A stretch of 64,000 nt of DNA, taken from positions 512,001-576,000 of the forward strand of contig JAVJNR010000003.1 in NCBI GenBank assembly GCA_040217195.1. The letters are read 5' to 3'. This stretch comes from Leptospiraceae bacterium. Lineage in GTDB: Bacteria > Spirochaetota > Leptospiria > Leptospirales > Leptonemataceae. Below the pieces are notes generated by a model. The model was not told the origin of the DNA. It saw only the letters and a program-made list of their open reading frames with translations, and did not search any database. The position numbers and the translations under genes were made by a program. Positions 49,621 through 59,883 of this stretch are shown here, piece by piece (position 1 is the first letter of the stretch; each line of letters starts with the position of its first letter).

Positions 49621-50394
49621 ATGATTCCCACCGGTGATGATGAAAAGCGAATACCTCTGGAAGATATTGATGTTTCAGACCTGGGGCTGGTCGAGCCATT
49701 ACGCTCCGATCTATTTCTAGGATCCCTTAAAGTTACAGAGGTAGAGGATGTACTTAAGAACCTGGGTCTGTTTCGTGAAATTGAAAACCGCGGCTACACT
49801 GACTGGAAACTCCTGGTGGAAACCGGATCTCTTCAGGACAATCGAATTCACATTTATTCCCGGGATACAGATCTATTCTTTTTGAGACTGAAGATTGGAA
49901 TGTATCCTGTGGCAGGCCCGGCCCCCCTTCGACTGATCTCGGTTGACTGGTTCCTGACTCAAAACCTGAACTATTCCGGCGATAAACTTTTTCCAGGACA
50001 GAACTACCCCGGGCTGGGCTCTGGAGTATTGTTCGTATTCAAGGATTTGATACGAGAGTTCGTAGAGCGTAGCCATGCATCGGGAATCATTACCGTTCCT
50101 GAATACTTCCACGATGCAGCACTTTTCACCAGATTCATGGAATGTAAATTCGTAAGCCCTGAAAAAGCCGCGGATTTTAAGAACTTGAGCTTCGCAGGGA
50201 AATTGCGAAGAACCAGCCATGCAATCCATTCCGGTCGTGTACGCGAAAAGAAAACTGGTGCAATCTATCGCTGGAGACATGGAGAGATGGTCTCTTTCAA
50301 AAGCGAACACCTGAACCGGACTCTGTTTGACAGACAATACTGGAAACTATACAAGAAACACCTGGATCCAAATAAGTATGAGATACTCGAATAG
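49621..50394 (+). CDS. Conserved hypothetical protein
   Basis: W..TQN, LFPGQNYPGLG and P.YFHDA motifs; GGAG RBS. Confidence 0.75.
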   Translation: MIPTGDDEKRIPLEDIDVSDLGLVEPLRSDLFLGSLKVTEVEDVLKNLGLFREIENRGYTDWKLLVETGSLQDNRIHIYSRDTDLFFLRLKIGMYPVAGPAPLRLISVDWFLTQNLNYSGDKLFPGQNYPGLGSGVLFVFKDLIREFVERSHASGIITVPEYFHDAALFTRFMECKFVSPEKAADFKNLSFAGKLRRTSHAIHSGRVREKKTGAIYRWRHGEMVSFKSEHLNRTLFDRQYWKLYKKHLDPNKYEILE

Positions 50395-50941
50395 AAAAAT
50401 CACGCTTCTACGCGAAAATCCCGATCAAGTAGATTCCTGGTGGAAAGGTTGCTACCTTCGAATTCATGAGCAGGTATGGAGCAGGACTTTTCGATCACTG
50501 TGCCTGGCTCTTCTATTTTTACTAATCAATCTTCGGTGCTCCACTACCCTTCAACTGATCAATGACATTTCCGAAGATGGGCCGCCCACCCTGTACGGCG
50601 GAACTCAAATAGATATTGTGCTGATTTACGGTGGAGCCAGGTTGCTTGAGTCTCCGCTGGACTGCGGTGGCCTGGCATTACTTGCCCTGGTAGGCGGCCT
50701 TGTTGATCTTCCGCTGAGCTTCGCTGCAGATACTGTACTTCTTCCGGTAACGGTTCTGTGGTACTTTCTGGCCTATCAAGGAGAATCCTCCGGGCCCCAT
50801 CCAGGAGCTCACTCCGAGGCAGTGGAGTCGAACGATGCTGGCAACGATGAGATCGACGAAGGGACGGAGGTTAAAGAAGAACCGGAAGAAAAAGCGCCCA
50901 ATGATGCCCGGATAAAGGGCCCCCGTTCCTCTCAGCCTTGA
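50378..50941 (+). CDS. YceK/YidQ-family lipoprotein
   Basis: Hydrophobic stretch ending in C, then YGGT and DLPLSFAADTVLLP; start uncertain. Confidence 0.7.
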   Translation: MRYSNRKITLLRENPDQVDSWWKGCYLRIHEQVWSRTFRSLCLALLFLLINLRCSTTLQLINDISEDGPPTLYGGTQIDIVLIYGGARLLESPLDCGGLALLALVGGLVDLPLSFAADTVLLPVTVLWYFLAYQGESSGPHPGAHSEAVESNDAGNDEIDEGTEVKEEPEEKAPNDARIKGPRSSQP

Positions 50942-50966
50942 CGATACCCCTTCCCGGTATTACTCT
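50938..50966 (+). promoter_or_regulatory. Sigma70 promoter whose spacer is a CsoR/RcnR-type operator
   Basis: TTGACG-[ATACC-CCTTCCC-GGTAT]-TACTCT. Confidence 0.6.
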
Positions 50967-50989
50967 GATGATAATAAGGATGAAACAAA

Positions 50990-51385
50990 ATGAGCTACTA
51001 TTTTTCAGCGGATATAAATCAAGATTTTGATCAAGCAATCGAGACGGTGACGGAGGCTCTTAAAGATGAGGGCTTTGGAATTATCTCGGAAATCGACATA
51101 AAGGATAAATTGAAGGAGAAACTGGACGTGGATTTTCGCAGATACCGTATCCTGGGAGCATGCAATCCGTCCTACGCACACAAAGCGCTGACGCTAGAAG
51201 ATAAAATTGGCACCATGCTACCCTGCAATGTAATCGTCCAGGAAAAGGAAACCGGAGGCGCGGAAGTGGCCGCCATCAATCCTCTGGAATCAATGAAAGC
51301 AGTCAAAAATCCAGCTCTTCTGGAGATTGCCAGTGAGGTGACTGAGCGCTTACAGAGAGTCATTGATAAACTGGGCTCTGCATAG
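50990..51385 (+). CDS. DUF302 domain protein
   Basis: GFGIISEID, YRILGACNP and MLPCNVIV. Confidence 0.92.
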   Translation: MSYYFSADINQDFDQAIETVTEALKDEGFGIISEIDIKDKLKEKLDVDFRRYRILGACNPSYAHKALTLEDKIGTMLPCNVIVQEKETGGAEVAAINPLESMKAVKNPALLEIASEVTERLQRVIDKLGSA

Positions 51386-51437
51386 ACTCAGATCACAAAT
51401 CGTTTGACCCTTGAATGGGCGATGAGAGCCTCATTCC

Positions 51438-53432
51438 ATGTGGAAAAGGTTGCCCTACAATTTCAGATTGGTGCTAACATACATTGGAATTAGCCTGGGT
51501 CTGTTTCTGGCTTACCGGATCTTATTTTTCGTCATCTATTCCTACCGCTCGGGCGACAGCCCCTGGACCGATATTCTTTGGGCCTTCTTGCTTGGATTTC
51601 GTTTCGATATTTCCACAGTTTGCATCATCATGGGTCCATTCATCCTTCTGGGGATGATTCATTATCTTAACCGGTTTTCTCTGTACAGACTATTGTGGGT
51701 TTATCTGCCTCCTTTCGTTCTCTTTTTTCAAGTTATCATTCTGGTAGCAGATATTATCTACTTTGAGAATGCGAATAAACATATAGGATACGAAGCCTAT
51801 GCCTTCCTTGGGACCGAGCTCTTCGTAATACTCGGTGCCGCTTTGCAAAATGCGCCGTTCACCGTAATCGGTGGACTGGTATTAACGAGTGGCTTTGTTG
51901 CACTGGTAATATGGTTATTGCAACGAATCCCCTACAATCATGATCAACGAGGCTGGAAGCATCCTGCTGCATCTGTATTTCTGGCCATTGTCCTAATTGT
52001 CGTTGGAATCCGGGGCGGAGTGCAGACCAATCCTTTACGAGTCACGGATGCAGTTTTCACCAGGAATCATTTTGTAAACCTTCTGGCAGTGAACGGCGTT
52101 TACACCGCTATCGTAGATCTAAAAAGCACCTCTATTCCAGAAAGGCATAAGATGGAAGTGGATGTGGCCATAGATGTAGTTCGTCAGGCCATCGATTATC
52201 CAGGGGCTACCTTCGTAAGCGATGAGTATCCCCTTCTTCGCAAGCTAGAGGGCTCCCGCCAGGGACGGCCGCCCAATATCATGATAGTCATACTGGAAGG
52301 CTGGACTGGAAAGTTCATCTCCCCGATTACAGATGGAAAAGTGGATGGAAAATCCGTAACCCCGCACTTCAATGAATTACTAAAAGAAGGTCTATTCTTT
52401 ACCCATTTCTATGCCCCGGGAGGACGCACCACAAATGGATTGATGGCTCTCGCAGGTGGTGTACCTGACAGACCAGGACTTACGGCCGTTCGAACGCCTC
52501 AAATCACAAATCGATTTTCAGGATTGGGCACAGTGGCTCAAAGTCTGGGTTATAAAACCTACTTCGTTTCCGGCAATGACCTGGATTTCAATAACAAACG
52601 AACTATCATGGGTCACTGGGGGTTCTCCACTTTGATTGGAAAGGAGGAGATTGAGAAATTGGGCCTGAAACAGGGTACCGGCGGATGGGGATTCAGCGAT
52701 CGCAGGATACTGAAGATCATGCACGATGAGGTTTCGAAGTTACCGTCAGATCAGCCATTTCTGGCCACGGTACATACAGTGACCACGCACTATCCCTATC
52801 ATACTCCTGAAGAAAGGTTTAACATTTTTGATGAATCTGTGCAGGACCACGAGTATCTGAATGTTTACCACTATGCGGACTGGGCTATTCATGAATTTAT
52901 TGAAGAAGCCAAAAAGGCTCCTTACTTCAAAGATACAGTCTTCGTTTTTGTATCAGACCACAGCCACCATCGCTTTCTATCCTATTACGAAGATCGCAAT
53001 GTTCCACTATTAATCTATGCTCCCGGAAGAATCCAGCCTGGAATTCGCAGTGATATCGTTTCGCAGCTAGATGTTTTTCCCACGGTTCTGGGCTTCATTG
53101 GTAAGGAGACCTATTTTACTTCCTTTGGGAGGGATTTGATGAAATCCGAAGGGGGCTCCGCTTATTTTGCGTATGGTAATCTATTCGGCTGGATCCAGGA
53201 ACCACTGTTTTATGTTCAGTCCGTAGAAGGGGGACCAGGCACAGTCTATACAATTCATCCTCCCCATGAAAGCGAAGGTCCCTGCAATGTGGTAGAGGAA
53301 AGTCTTGGAAGCCACTGCCCGACTCATTACCTGAAAAGTCGTGCATTCTTGAATCTAAGTTATTTCCTTCTGGATCAGAATAGAATTTTTCCATCGCCAG
53401 AGGAATTGAAAGCAATCAGGCAATCTCCCTGA
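51438..53432 (+). CDS. LTA synthase/sulfatase-family membrane protein
   Basis: N-terminal TM helices with GFRFD and GIRGG; PNI...LE, GRT, T.TTHYPY, Y.D and SDH. Confidence 0.9.
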   Translation: MWKRLPYNFRLVLTYIGISLGLFLAYRILFFVIYSYRSGDSPWTDILWAFLLGFRFDISTVCIIMGPFILLGMIHYLNRFSLYRLLWVYLPPFVLFFQVIILVADIIYFENANKHIGYEAYAFLGTELFVILGAALQNAPFTVIGGLVLTSGFVALVIWLLQRIPYNHDQRGWKHPAASVFLAIVLIVVGIRGGVQTNPLRVTDAVFTRNHFVNLLAVNGVYTAIVDLKSTSIPERHKMEVDVAIDVVRQAIDYPGATFVSDEYPLLRKLEGSRQGRPPNIMIVILEGWTGKFISPITDGKVDGKSVTPHFNELLKEGLFFTHFYAPGGRTTNGLMALAGGVPDRPGLTAVRTPQITNRFSGLGTVAQSLGYKTYFVSGNDLDFNNKRTIMGHWGFSTLIGKEEIEKLGLKQGTGGWGFSDRRILKIMHDEVSKLPSDQPFLATVHTVTTHYPYHTPEERFNIFDESVQDHEYLNVYHYADWAIHEFIEEAKKAPYFKDTVFVFVSDHSHHRFLSYYEDRNVPLLIYAPGRIQPGIRSDIVSQLDVFPTVLGFIGKETYFTSFGRDLMKSEGGSAYFAYGNLFGWIQEPLFYVQSVEGGPGTVYTIHPPHESEGPCNVVEESLGSHCPTHYLKSRAFLNLSYFLLDQNRIFPSPEELKAIRQSP

Positions 53433-53472
53433 GCGCTGGTAGCAGCAGGCTACCAGAAAGAGGATCTTCGCT

Positions 53473-53712
53473 TCAGCTGAGCTCCTGACTTTCTTTCATC
53501 ATTTGCATGGCATCGTCCAGAGGTAGATGATGTAGACTGCGGGCCTGGGATAGATGCCTGGAGCAGAAGAAACCCATGCCCAATGGATTTCCTACGGCGC
53601 CACCCGGAACCGGCCTGAAGTCCGAAAACTGAACCAGGGCACCGCCTGCTTCCATTCCATCCCACTGCGCCCTAAAGTCATGCCCGCAGAGTATGCAAAT
53701 GGGAGGCTTCAT
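53473..53712 (-). CDS. Small putative zinc-binding protein
   Basis: MKPPICILC...FFCSRH (CxxC...CxxH). Confidence 0.65.
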   Translation of the reverse strand: MKPPICILCGHDFRAQWDGMEAGGALVQFSDFRPVPGGAVGNPLGMGFFCSRHLSQARSLHHLPLDDAMQMMKESQELS

Positions 53713-53934
53713 GGCTGTTTAGACGAATATCCATCCGGATGAAGTTTTCTTTTTTCTGCTCCGGGCCCAAAACAAATCCGATTCTTCAGTAAATAGTATT
53801 CCAGCATCCTCGGGGCGATTCCAGGATGCTTCGAATAGGACCGTTGACAGACCAGGCCCCGTTGAGATAGACTTCCACCTGGCGCAATGGAAGGGATTGG
53901 GATGTCCCGGGTTTGCTGCGGCAAAGGACTTAGA

Positions 53935-55254
53935 TCAAGCTGCTACAGGACTTTCTTCGGAATCGCCATCTCCATCCGTGAACGCTCGACGCAGTAAGGT
54001 CAGATACGTTAGAGAGATAGCACTGTATCCTACAATGTAGAGCAACAGACTTACTTCCAGATAACCGTTTAGATGGGTCATAAAGGCCACTAGTGGCAGA
54101 AGCACCAGACGCAACATCTCAGCCGGAAAGACCCAGGATTTACTATCCAGGATACCACCCACAACTGTTAGGCCATACACCGTAAATCCGATTAGAATTA
54201 GGAGTCTGAAGATTCCAAAAGCCGAGTCATGGGCCAGAGAATAAGCTAGAAGACCAGAACCGGAAAGAGCTATAAATTGAAATATACCGTAAACTTTAAC
54301 TCTCCGAGGCAGCGGAGGATCGTAGTCCGGTCGATCCGGATCCGAATATACAATTTCGCTGCTTCCAAGATCTTCAGGCTTCCAGCCAGGTTTGGCAAAC
54401 CAGACTTTGATCTTATTCTTCCAGGATTTTGTAGCAAGGGTTTGTTGCCATAGCTCCGTGTAATAATGAAAGGTCATCCACAATGGATTAAAACTGGTGA
54501 GTTGATTTGTGATTCCGTAATTGATTTTCTCTCGTTCCGGTTCGTAGGTGCCAAACATCCGATCCCAGATAATGAAAATCCCGCCATGATTCTTATCTAT
54601 ATACTGTGGATTCCTTCCATGATGAACTCGGTGATTGGAAGGAGTGACCATGAAGTATTCCAGAAAACCCAGCTCCGGTACGGCTGCAGTATGAACCCAG
54701 AACTGATAAAGTTTCAAAACCCTGTGAGCAAATAGAAACATGAACCAGTTCACGCCAAGGAATGCCAACGGCAGAAAAAATGCGTATTCGAATATTCTCT
54801 GGAAGCTACCACCTCGAAAGGAAACTGCAAGATTGAATTGTTCACTGGAATGATGGGTTACATGGGAACCCCAGAGGAAATTAACTTCATGGGACAGTCT
54901 ATGAAACCAGTAATAGAGACAGTCCACAGCCAGAAATACAACCACCCAGTAGAGAAATGGAATGGCATTGATTTGCACAAACGGAAAGGTAGATTCAAAT
55001 ATCAGTGGATCGTCAAATGGAATGGATTCCCAGCCAAACAGCGAGAAAATTGAAATATTACGCTCGATCCAGTCGTAAATGATCAATGCGCCAAAGAGAG
55101 TGGGAACTCCAACCAGCATGAACATGATACCGGTACTTATTCCAGCCACAGTATCGTTTACCCTGTAATAGGGACGATGCTGTATCCAACCCAGGATTAC
55201 CTCCAGGAAAATCAGTCCCACGATAATGGGAAATGCGATTTCCATCATGTTCAT
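53935..55254 (-). CDS. Sterol desaturase/alkylglycerol monooxygenase-like membrane diiron enzyme
   Basis: His motifs HRLSHE, HVTHH, FWVHT and HRVHH; DKNHGG...WDRMFGT. Confidence 0.9.
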   Translation of the reverse strand: MNMMEIAFPIIVGLIFLEVILGWIQHRPYYRVNDTVAGISTGIMFMLVGVPTLFGALIIYDWIERNISIFSLFGWESIPFDDPLIFESTFPFVQINAIPFLYWVVVFLAVDCLYYWFHRLSHEVNFLWGSHVTHHSSEQFNLAVSFRGGSFQRIFEYAFFLPLAFLGVNWFMFLFAHRVLKLYQFWVHTAAVPELGFLEYFMVTPSNHRVHHGRNPQYIDKNHGGIFIIWDRMFGTYEPEREKINYGITNQLTSFNPLWMTFHYYTELWQQTLATKSWKNKIKVWFAKPGWKPEDLGSSEIVYSDPDRPDYDPPLPRRVKVYGIFQFIALSGSGLLAYSLAHDSAFGIFRLLILIGFTVYGLTVVGGILDSKSWVFPAEMLRLVLLPLVAFMTHLNGYLEVSLLLYIVGYSAISLTYLTLLRRAFTDGDGDSEESPVAA

Positions 55255-55479
55255 AGCTGCACCAGACCTGTATGTCGAAATTCGAGAGCAGGGGTATGGC
55301 TACAATTAGAAAACCGCACTCTTTTCTGGCCAGTAAAAGTAATTACGCAGAGTACTGTAAAATCAGGATAACCTACCAGTCCTATAAGAAACATGGACTA
55401 AGATCGCATCCAATACATGGTGATGCTTTGCGAACCGGAAAATTGCCGAATTTTCAGATGCTTTGTTGAGCTACGGTCT

Positions 55480-56472
55480 TTATATGAGCCCCAGCTCCAC
55501 CACCCTGGATTCTATCAGTTCCCTTTCAGTATTGTCCAATGACAGTTCCAGAGCTCCTGCATTTTCCTGAATCTGATCGGGTTTACGTGCACCGGCAAGT
55601 ACCGTGGCAATCTGGGGGCGATCCATAGTCCATCGAAGTACTACCTGAGCAATTGTAGCATTCTTTCCGTCCGCGATCTCTCCCAATGTCTTTAGCAGTT
55701 CTTGAAGCTTATGCATATTTTCTGACTGCATCCATCGCGAACCGGATCGTGTATCACCGGCATTGAAGGCGGAGCCGGAATGAAATTTCCCGGTTAGAAA
55801 GCCTCGCTCCATGGGACTGTAAGGAAGTATGCTCATTCCAGACTCCTTCGCCACAGGCAGGACATCGGCTTCCATTTCCCGGGAAACGATGCTATACCGA
55901 ATCTGATTGCTTGCCAGTTCAATTGTCTTCAGTGCTTCTTTCATTTGATCGGCGGAATAATTGCATACACCGGCGGCTCGAATCTTTCCCTGTTCTCTGA
56001 GCTTTTCAAAGGCTTCCATGGTTTCCTGAATAGGCGTAGTGGCATCCGGCCAGTGAAGCTGAAATAAATCGATGTAATCGGTCTTCAATCGGCGAAGACT
56101 GTCTTCGCATTCCTGAATGACCCTGTGCTTACCAGCAAATTTATGCATTCGAATGGGTCGTCCGGATTCATCGTTTGTGTCGAAGAAATACTCCCCCTCT
56201 TCTGTTTCCCAGTTCATCCCACATTTTGTAAGCAGTTGATAGCTATCACGGGGCACCTGGGCAAGAGCCTTTCCAACGATTTCTTCGCTTCTTCCGAAGC
56301 CATACACGGGCGCTGTATCGATCGTAGTAACCCCCAGTTCCAGGGACTTCTTAATGGCTGCCACGGCATCTGTCTCTTCTGCACCACCCCACATCCAGCC
56401 ACCTATGGCCCAGGCTCCAAAAGTAAGTGGAGTTACATGCACGTTCGATTTGCCGATCTTCTTCATATCCAT
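55480..56472 (-). CDS. Aldo/keto reductase
   Basis: G.WAIGG, IDTAPVYG, SLRRLKTDYIDL.Q.HWPD and YSP..RG.LTGK. Confidence 0.95.
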   Translation of the reverse strand: MDMKKIGKSNVHVTPLTFGAWAIGGWMWGGAEETDAVAAIKKSLELGVTTIDTAPVYGFGRSEEIVGKALAQVPRDSYQLLTKCGMNWETEEGEYFFDTNDESGRPIRMHKFAGKHRVIQECEDSLRRLKTDYIDLFQLHWPDATTPIQETMEAFEKLREQGKIRAAGVCNYSADQMKEALKTIELASNQIRYSIVSREMEADVLPVAKESGMSILPYSPMERGFLTGKFHSGSAFNAGDTRSGSRWMQSENMHKLQELLKTLGEIADGKNATIAQVVLRWTMDRPQIATVLAGARKPDQIQENAGALELSLDNTERELIESRVVELGLI

Positions 56473-56622
56473 GGGATCAGTTTAGCTCAGAATAGAAGCT
56501 CTGTCCAGCCCTTGACAGACTGAAAACTGCGAAAAGCAGCTTGCAGTAGGTGCGTCATTTTCAAGCACATGAAGAGACTTAGTACTTCTGCACATTGGGA
56601 TTCCTTTCATTTTAAAGATAAT

Positions 56623-57702
56623 TTACAAAAATTCCTTGCCCGTTCCCGGAAGATCCTGGCCAGACGCCGCCTCCCAGTTCTTGCGAAATCTTTGTTGACC
56701 TGGTCTCTTTAGAGGAGAGGAAACGCTCAGCGATTCCCAGACTGAGTCCACCGGCTCCAGTGGATTTTGCATCCATTCAACAACACTGGCCCTGGGAAAA
56801 AAAGCTGACTCAGTTGTTAACTGTCGCTTGCCTTTTGCGCCGCGATTATAGGGGCATACTTCCTGGCAAATATCGCAGCCAAATACCCAGCCGCTCACTT
56901 TTGATGCGATTTCTTCTGGCATCTCAGTTTTTGCTTCAATGGTCCAGTAAGATAAACATAGATCTGCCTGGATCTTATATGGCTGCAGCGCTCCAGTGGG
57001 ACAGGCATCCAGACATTGACGGCAACTACCGCAACGATCGAAATTTGCAGGACGAAACAAGGAATCTTCCGAGGTTTCCCAGGCTTTCGCATTCGATAAC
57101 TTGCTGACTCCTGTGCCAGTAGAATCGGAAGGCTCCAGATCTGCATTCAGAAAGACAGCAGTTAGAAAGAAATAGGATCCCTTTTCCGGATGAATCAGAT
57201 TTGTGTTCTTTCCCTGCCAGCCCAGACCTGCATTTCGGGCCAGTATCTTTTCCGGTACAGGGGCTGAATCTGTGGTTACTCTATACTTTAGTTCCGGGAC
57301 TTGCTGCTTATGCTCTTTAAAAAACCGGTCTGCCAGTCGAGCGGCTTTCTTTCGCAATACCAGATGATAGTCCTTGCCTGCAGCGTATCGGGAAATCTTT
57401 GCTTTTGCATCCTGCATGGCTGAATCCATTGCAGGATGTCTGTAGATACTTCCAAGCACTAGCACAGAAATAGCTCCTGGCAAAATATCTGAAGGATGTA
57501 GTCTTAAACCCAGATGCGCATTAAACCAGTGAAGGTCGTTTTTCTGGTTCTCTGCAGCGAATCCAGAGAGATTGGCACGGTCTTTCTCATCGATGGTTGC
57601 ATAGGTGAATCCGAATAGATCAAAGCCCGCTTCCTGACTCAATTGCAGAAAGCGGGCTTGCTGGGATTCGCTCAGAACAGGGTTGCGCGAAGTATGGTGC
57701 AT
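56623..57702 (-). CDS. queG: tRNA epoxyqueuosine(34) reductase
   Basis: ISRYA.G.DYH, DSAPV.EK, GKNT, CGSCRQCLDACPT, CLSYWTIE and GCDICQEVCPYN. Confidence 0.93.
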   Translation of the reverse strand: MHHTSRNPVLSESQQARFLQLSQEAGFDLFGFTYATIDEKDRANLSGFAAENQKNDLHWFNAHLGLRLHPSDILPGAISVLVLGSIYRHPAMDSAMQDAKAKISRYAAGKDYHLVLRKKAARLADRFFKEHKQQVPELKYRVTTDSAPVPEKILARNAGLGWQGKNTNLIHPEKGSYFFLTAVFLNADLEPSDSTGTGVSKLSNAKAWETSEDSLFRPANFDRCGSCRQCLDACPTGALQPYKIQADLCLSYWTIEAKTEMPEEIASKVSGWVFGCDICQEVCPYNRGAKGKRQLTTESAFFPRASVVEWMQNPLEPVDSVWESLSVSSPLKRPGQQRFRKNWEAASGQDLPGTGKEFL

Positions 57703-57720
57703 GGCGCATCCCGTGCAAAA

Positions 57721-58134
57721 TCAATCGCAAGCGATAACTATATCTCCAGCAGCCTTAACTTCGCCGTTTTGATCGGCGGCCTGCACAGAAACGGTCATCA
57801 GTTTTTCTTCTTCTTTGATCTTTTTAACCTTTCCAGAGCATGTGATTGCCTGGCCAGGTTTGGTCATCGCTTTGAATTTTACTCCAAAGGATTTCAATTG
57901 CGCTGGAGTGACCCAGTTGGTGACGCAACGGCCCATCAGTGCCATAACATACATTCCATGAGCGATGGTTCCGCCCAGTCCCACCTTTTCCGCAAATACC
58001 GGGTCTGTGTGGATTGGATTGAAGTCACCGCTGGCGCCTGCATAACGCACCAGATCCATGTGATGGATGGCTTCTGTTTTTAGCTCGGGGATTTCATCTC
58101 CCTGCTTGTAGTCGCTTAGTTTGATTCGATTCAT
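57721..58134 (-). CDS. MaoC-family (R)-hydratase/dehydratase, catalytic subunit
   Basis: YAGASGDFNPIH and IAHGM; AGGAG RBS before ATG 58134. Confidence 0.9.
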   Translation of the reverse strand: MNRIKLSDYKQGDEIPELKTEAIHHMDLVRYAGASGDFNPIHTDPVFAEKVGLGGTIAHGMYVMALMGRCVTNWVTPAQLKSFGVKFKAMTKPGQAITCSGKVKKIKEEEKLMTVSVQAADQNGEVKAAGDIVIACD

Positions 58135-58249
58135 ATTATTGCTCCTTTCACTTTCCGTCGAATTTCTGCCCGCTCGATGCATTGGGACGTGTTGCCATTA
58201 CGGCACTTCCTGAGAATCTGCATCGTTTGTCCGAGGGGCGAATTCTGGA

Positions 58250-58696
58250 TTAGCTATCCTCCGGTCGAATGACGATGGCCATCTCCGCTTCCAGCAGAGC
58301 TTCACCGGATTTGTTGGCGTATGTAGTCTTGAACGTAACCATATCCATTTTTCCGGTCTTTACATCGATTATTTCGCCCTGAGCGTGGATCTCGGTTCCA
58401 GGATAAATAGGTTTGAGATAACTGTACTCTTCTTTCATATGTAGCAGACGCTGAACATCGATGCCCATCTTGCCCATATCGTCGAATATTTCCGGATAGC
58501 CCCAGAATTGGAATGCGGTCTGGAAGGTAGGAGGAATGGGAGTGTCCTCAAAGCCTGCTTCTCTGGCTTTTGCTTGATCCAGAAATACTGGATTGGTCTC
58601 TCCGATTGCTCTACAAAATTCCTTTACCTTGCCCCGCTCCACGGTGAATGTATAGGGATTTAATTTCTTACCTACAAGGTCTTTACTTACTGCCAT
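58250..58696 (-). CDS. MaoC dehydratase N-terminal-type (HadA-like) partner subunit
   Basis: [19 protein letters not shown] and LH..EEY.Y..P. Confidence 0.85.
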   Translation of the reverse strand: MAVSKDLVGKKLNPYTFTVERGKVKEFCRAIGETNPVFLDQAKAREAGFEDTPIPPTFQTAFQFWGYPEIFDDMGKMGIDVQRLLHMKEEYSYLKPIYPGTEIHAQGEIIDVKTGKMDMVTFKTTYANKSGEALLEAEMAIVIRPEDS

Positions 58697-58742
58697 AGTA
58701 AACAAAGCTCATCCCTTTGACATCGGAGTCAACAAAAGAAGC

Positions 58743-59255
58743 ATGGAAAAGGAAAGCCTGGAATTGAGAAGAAAATGGGTCTTCCATGCAGAATCCAGCC
58801 GTTTGCATCTGATCAAGAAACCCCTGGAATCTTCAGAACATGTATTTCTCAAGGCTTTTCTGTGGGCCCTGTACCTGCCTGCCTATCCGCAACTGATGGT
58901 GGAAAAATCCATTGGAGATAGATACAAACCGGATGCGGTGGCTCTGGACCGTGACCGGGCCCGTCCGGTGTTCTGGGCAGAAGCCGGTCAGGTAAAACCG
59001 CAGAAGGTGCTGTCCATTCTCCGACGCTTCGAATCATTACACTTCGTAATAGCCCGATGGGGCTTTCGCAAGGAGCCGCTTATAGAACTTCTTAAAAAGC
59101 GGCTACAAAACGATGCCCGGGCATCCAAAAACCAGGGAACCCTGGAGCTACTGCAAATAAGCGATTCTGCTCACCTGAATTGCATCCAGGACGGCCGAAT
59201 CCATCTCAACCAGGAGCATTATCGCATTTTTTCCATTTGGCCGGAGCCCAACTAG
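58743..59255 (+). CDS. YaeQ-like / PD-(D/E)XK-like hypothetical protein
   Basis: E..EHV..KA..WALY.P.Y, RYKPD and FW.EAG. Confidence 0.65.
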   Translation: MEKESLELRRKWVFHAESSRLHLIKKPLESSEHVFLKAFLWALYLPAYPQLMVEKSIGDRYKPDAVALDRDRARPVFWAEAGQVKPQKVLSILRRFESLHFVIARWGFRKEPLIELLKKRLQNDARASKNQGTLELLQISDSAHLNCIQDGRIHLNQEHYRIFSIWPEPN

Positions 59256-59429
59256 TGGCTGCCTTCTTTTTGCCTGACCGGGTAACAGCAAAATGGCATT
59301 TAGAGCAACCAGGCCTTTGTCGGGGACAAACCTTGAACGATTAATCCAGGACATCGCTGAGCCCTGACAACTGCACCAAACAGAACCGAAACGGTTGACC
59401 TGGATGGCCCTCCTTACGAGTGTTTCCAG

Positions 59430-59666
59430 GTGCGACCTATATTAACGATTCTATTTCTTTGCCTGCTTATGCAATGCTCTTCGAGCAATAATCAAAGTTC
59501 CTCTGAATGCATGGCAGAACGAAACCAATGCATGCGAAATTGCAGTTCCCTTAGTTCCAGAAACATCAATCCTGATTTAAATCGGAACCAACCCCATGCG
59601 CAACCTCAGCAACAGTGGAACCGGCAAAACTGCGAAAGCGCCTGTATGTCCCGGTCCTGCTACTAA
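59430..59666 (+). CDS. Small Cys-rich lipoprotein
   Basis: Lipobox-like LLMQC; mature part has CX6CX3C ... CX3CX4C. Confidence 0.65.
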   Translation: MRPILTILFLCLLMQCSSSNNQSSSECMAERNQCMRNCSSLSSRNINPDLNRNQPHAQPQQQWNRQNCESACMSRSCY

Positions 59667-59883
59667 TCAGTTGCATTTCTCCGGCTTTAGCTCAAGTCGG
59701 AGAAATCCGGTCAGTACTGAGATCCTGCGAAAAGAAAAATCGGAATTCTGCATTCCTCCCGTCAAAAAAGATGAACCCTGGACCATACCTCATTGCTCAT
59801 GGATTTTCAAATAATGAACCCTGCCCTGGAAAAACTCCGTCCAAGAATGGTGCGAATCCGAAAATCCCAGGCCGGATACTGCT

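Noticed and set aside
53709..53924. 71-aa minus-strand ORF
   Set aside because: TTG start and no recognisable motif; cannot be supported.
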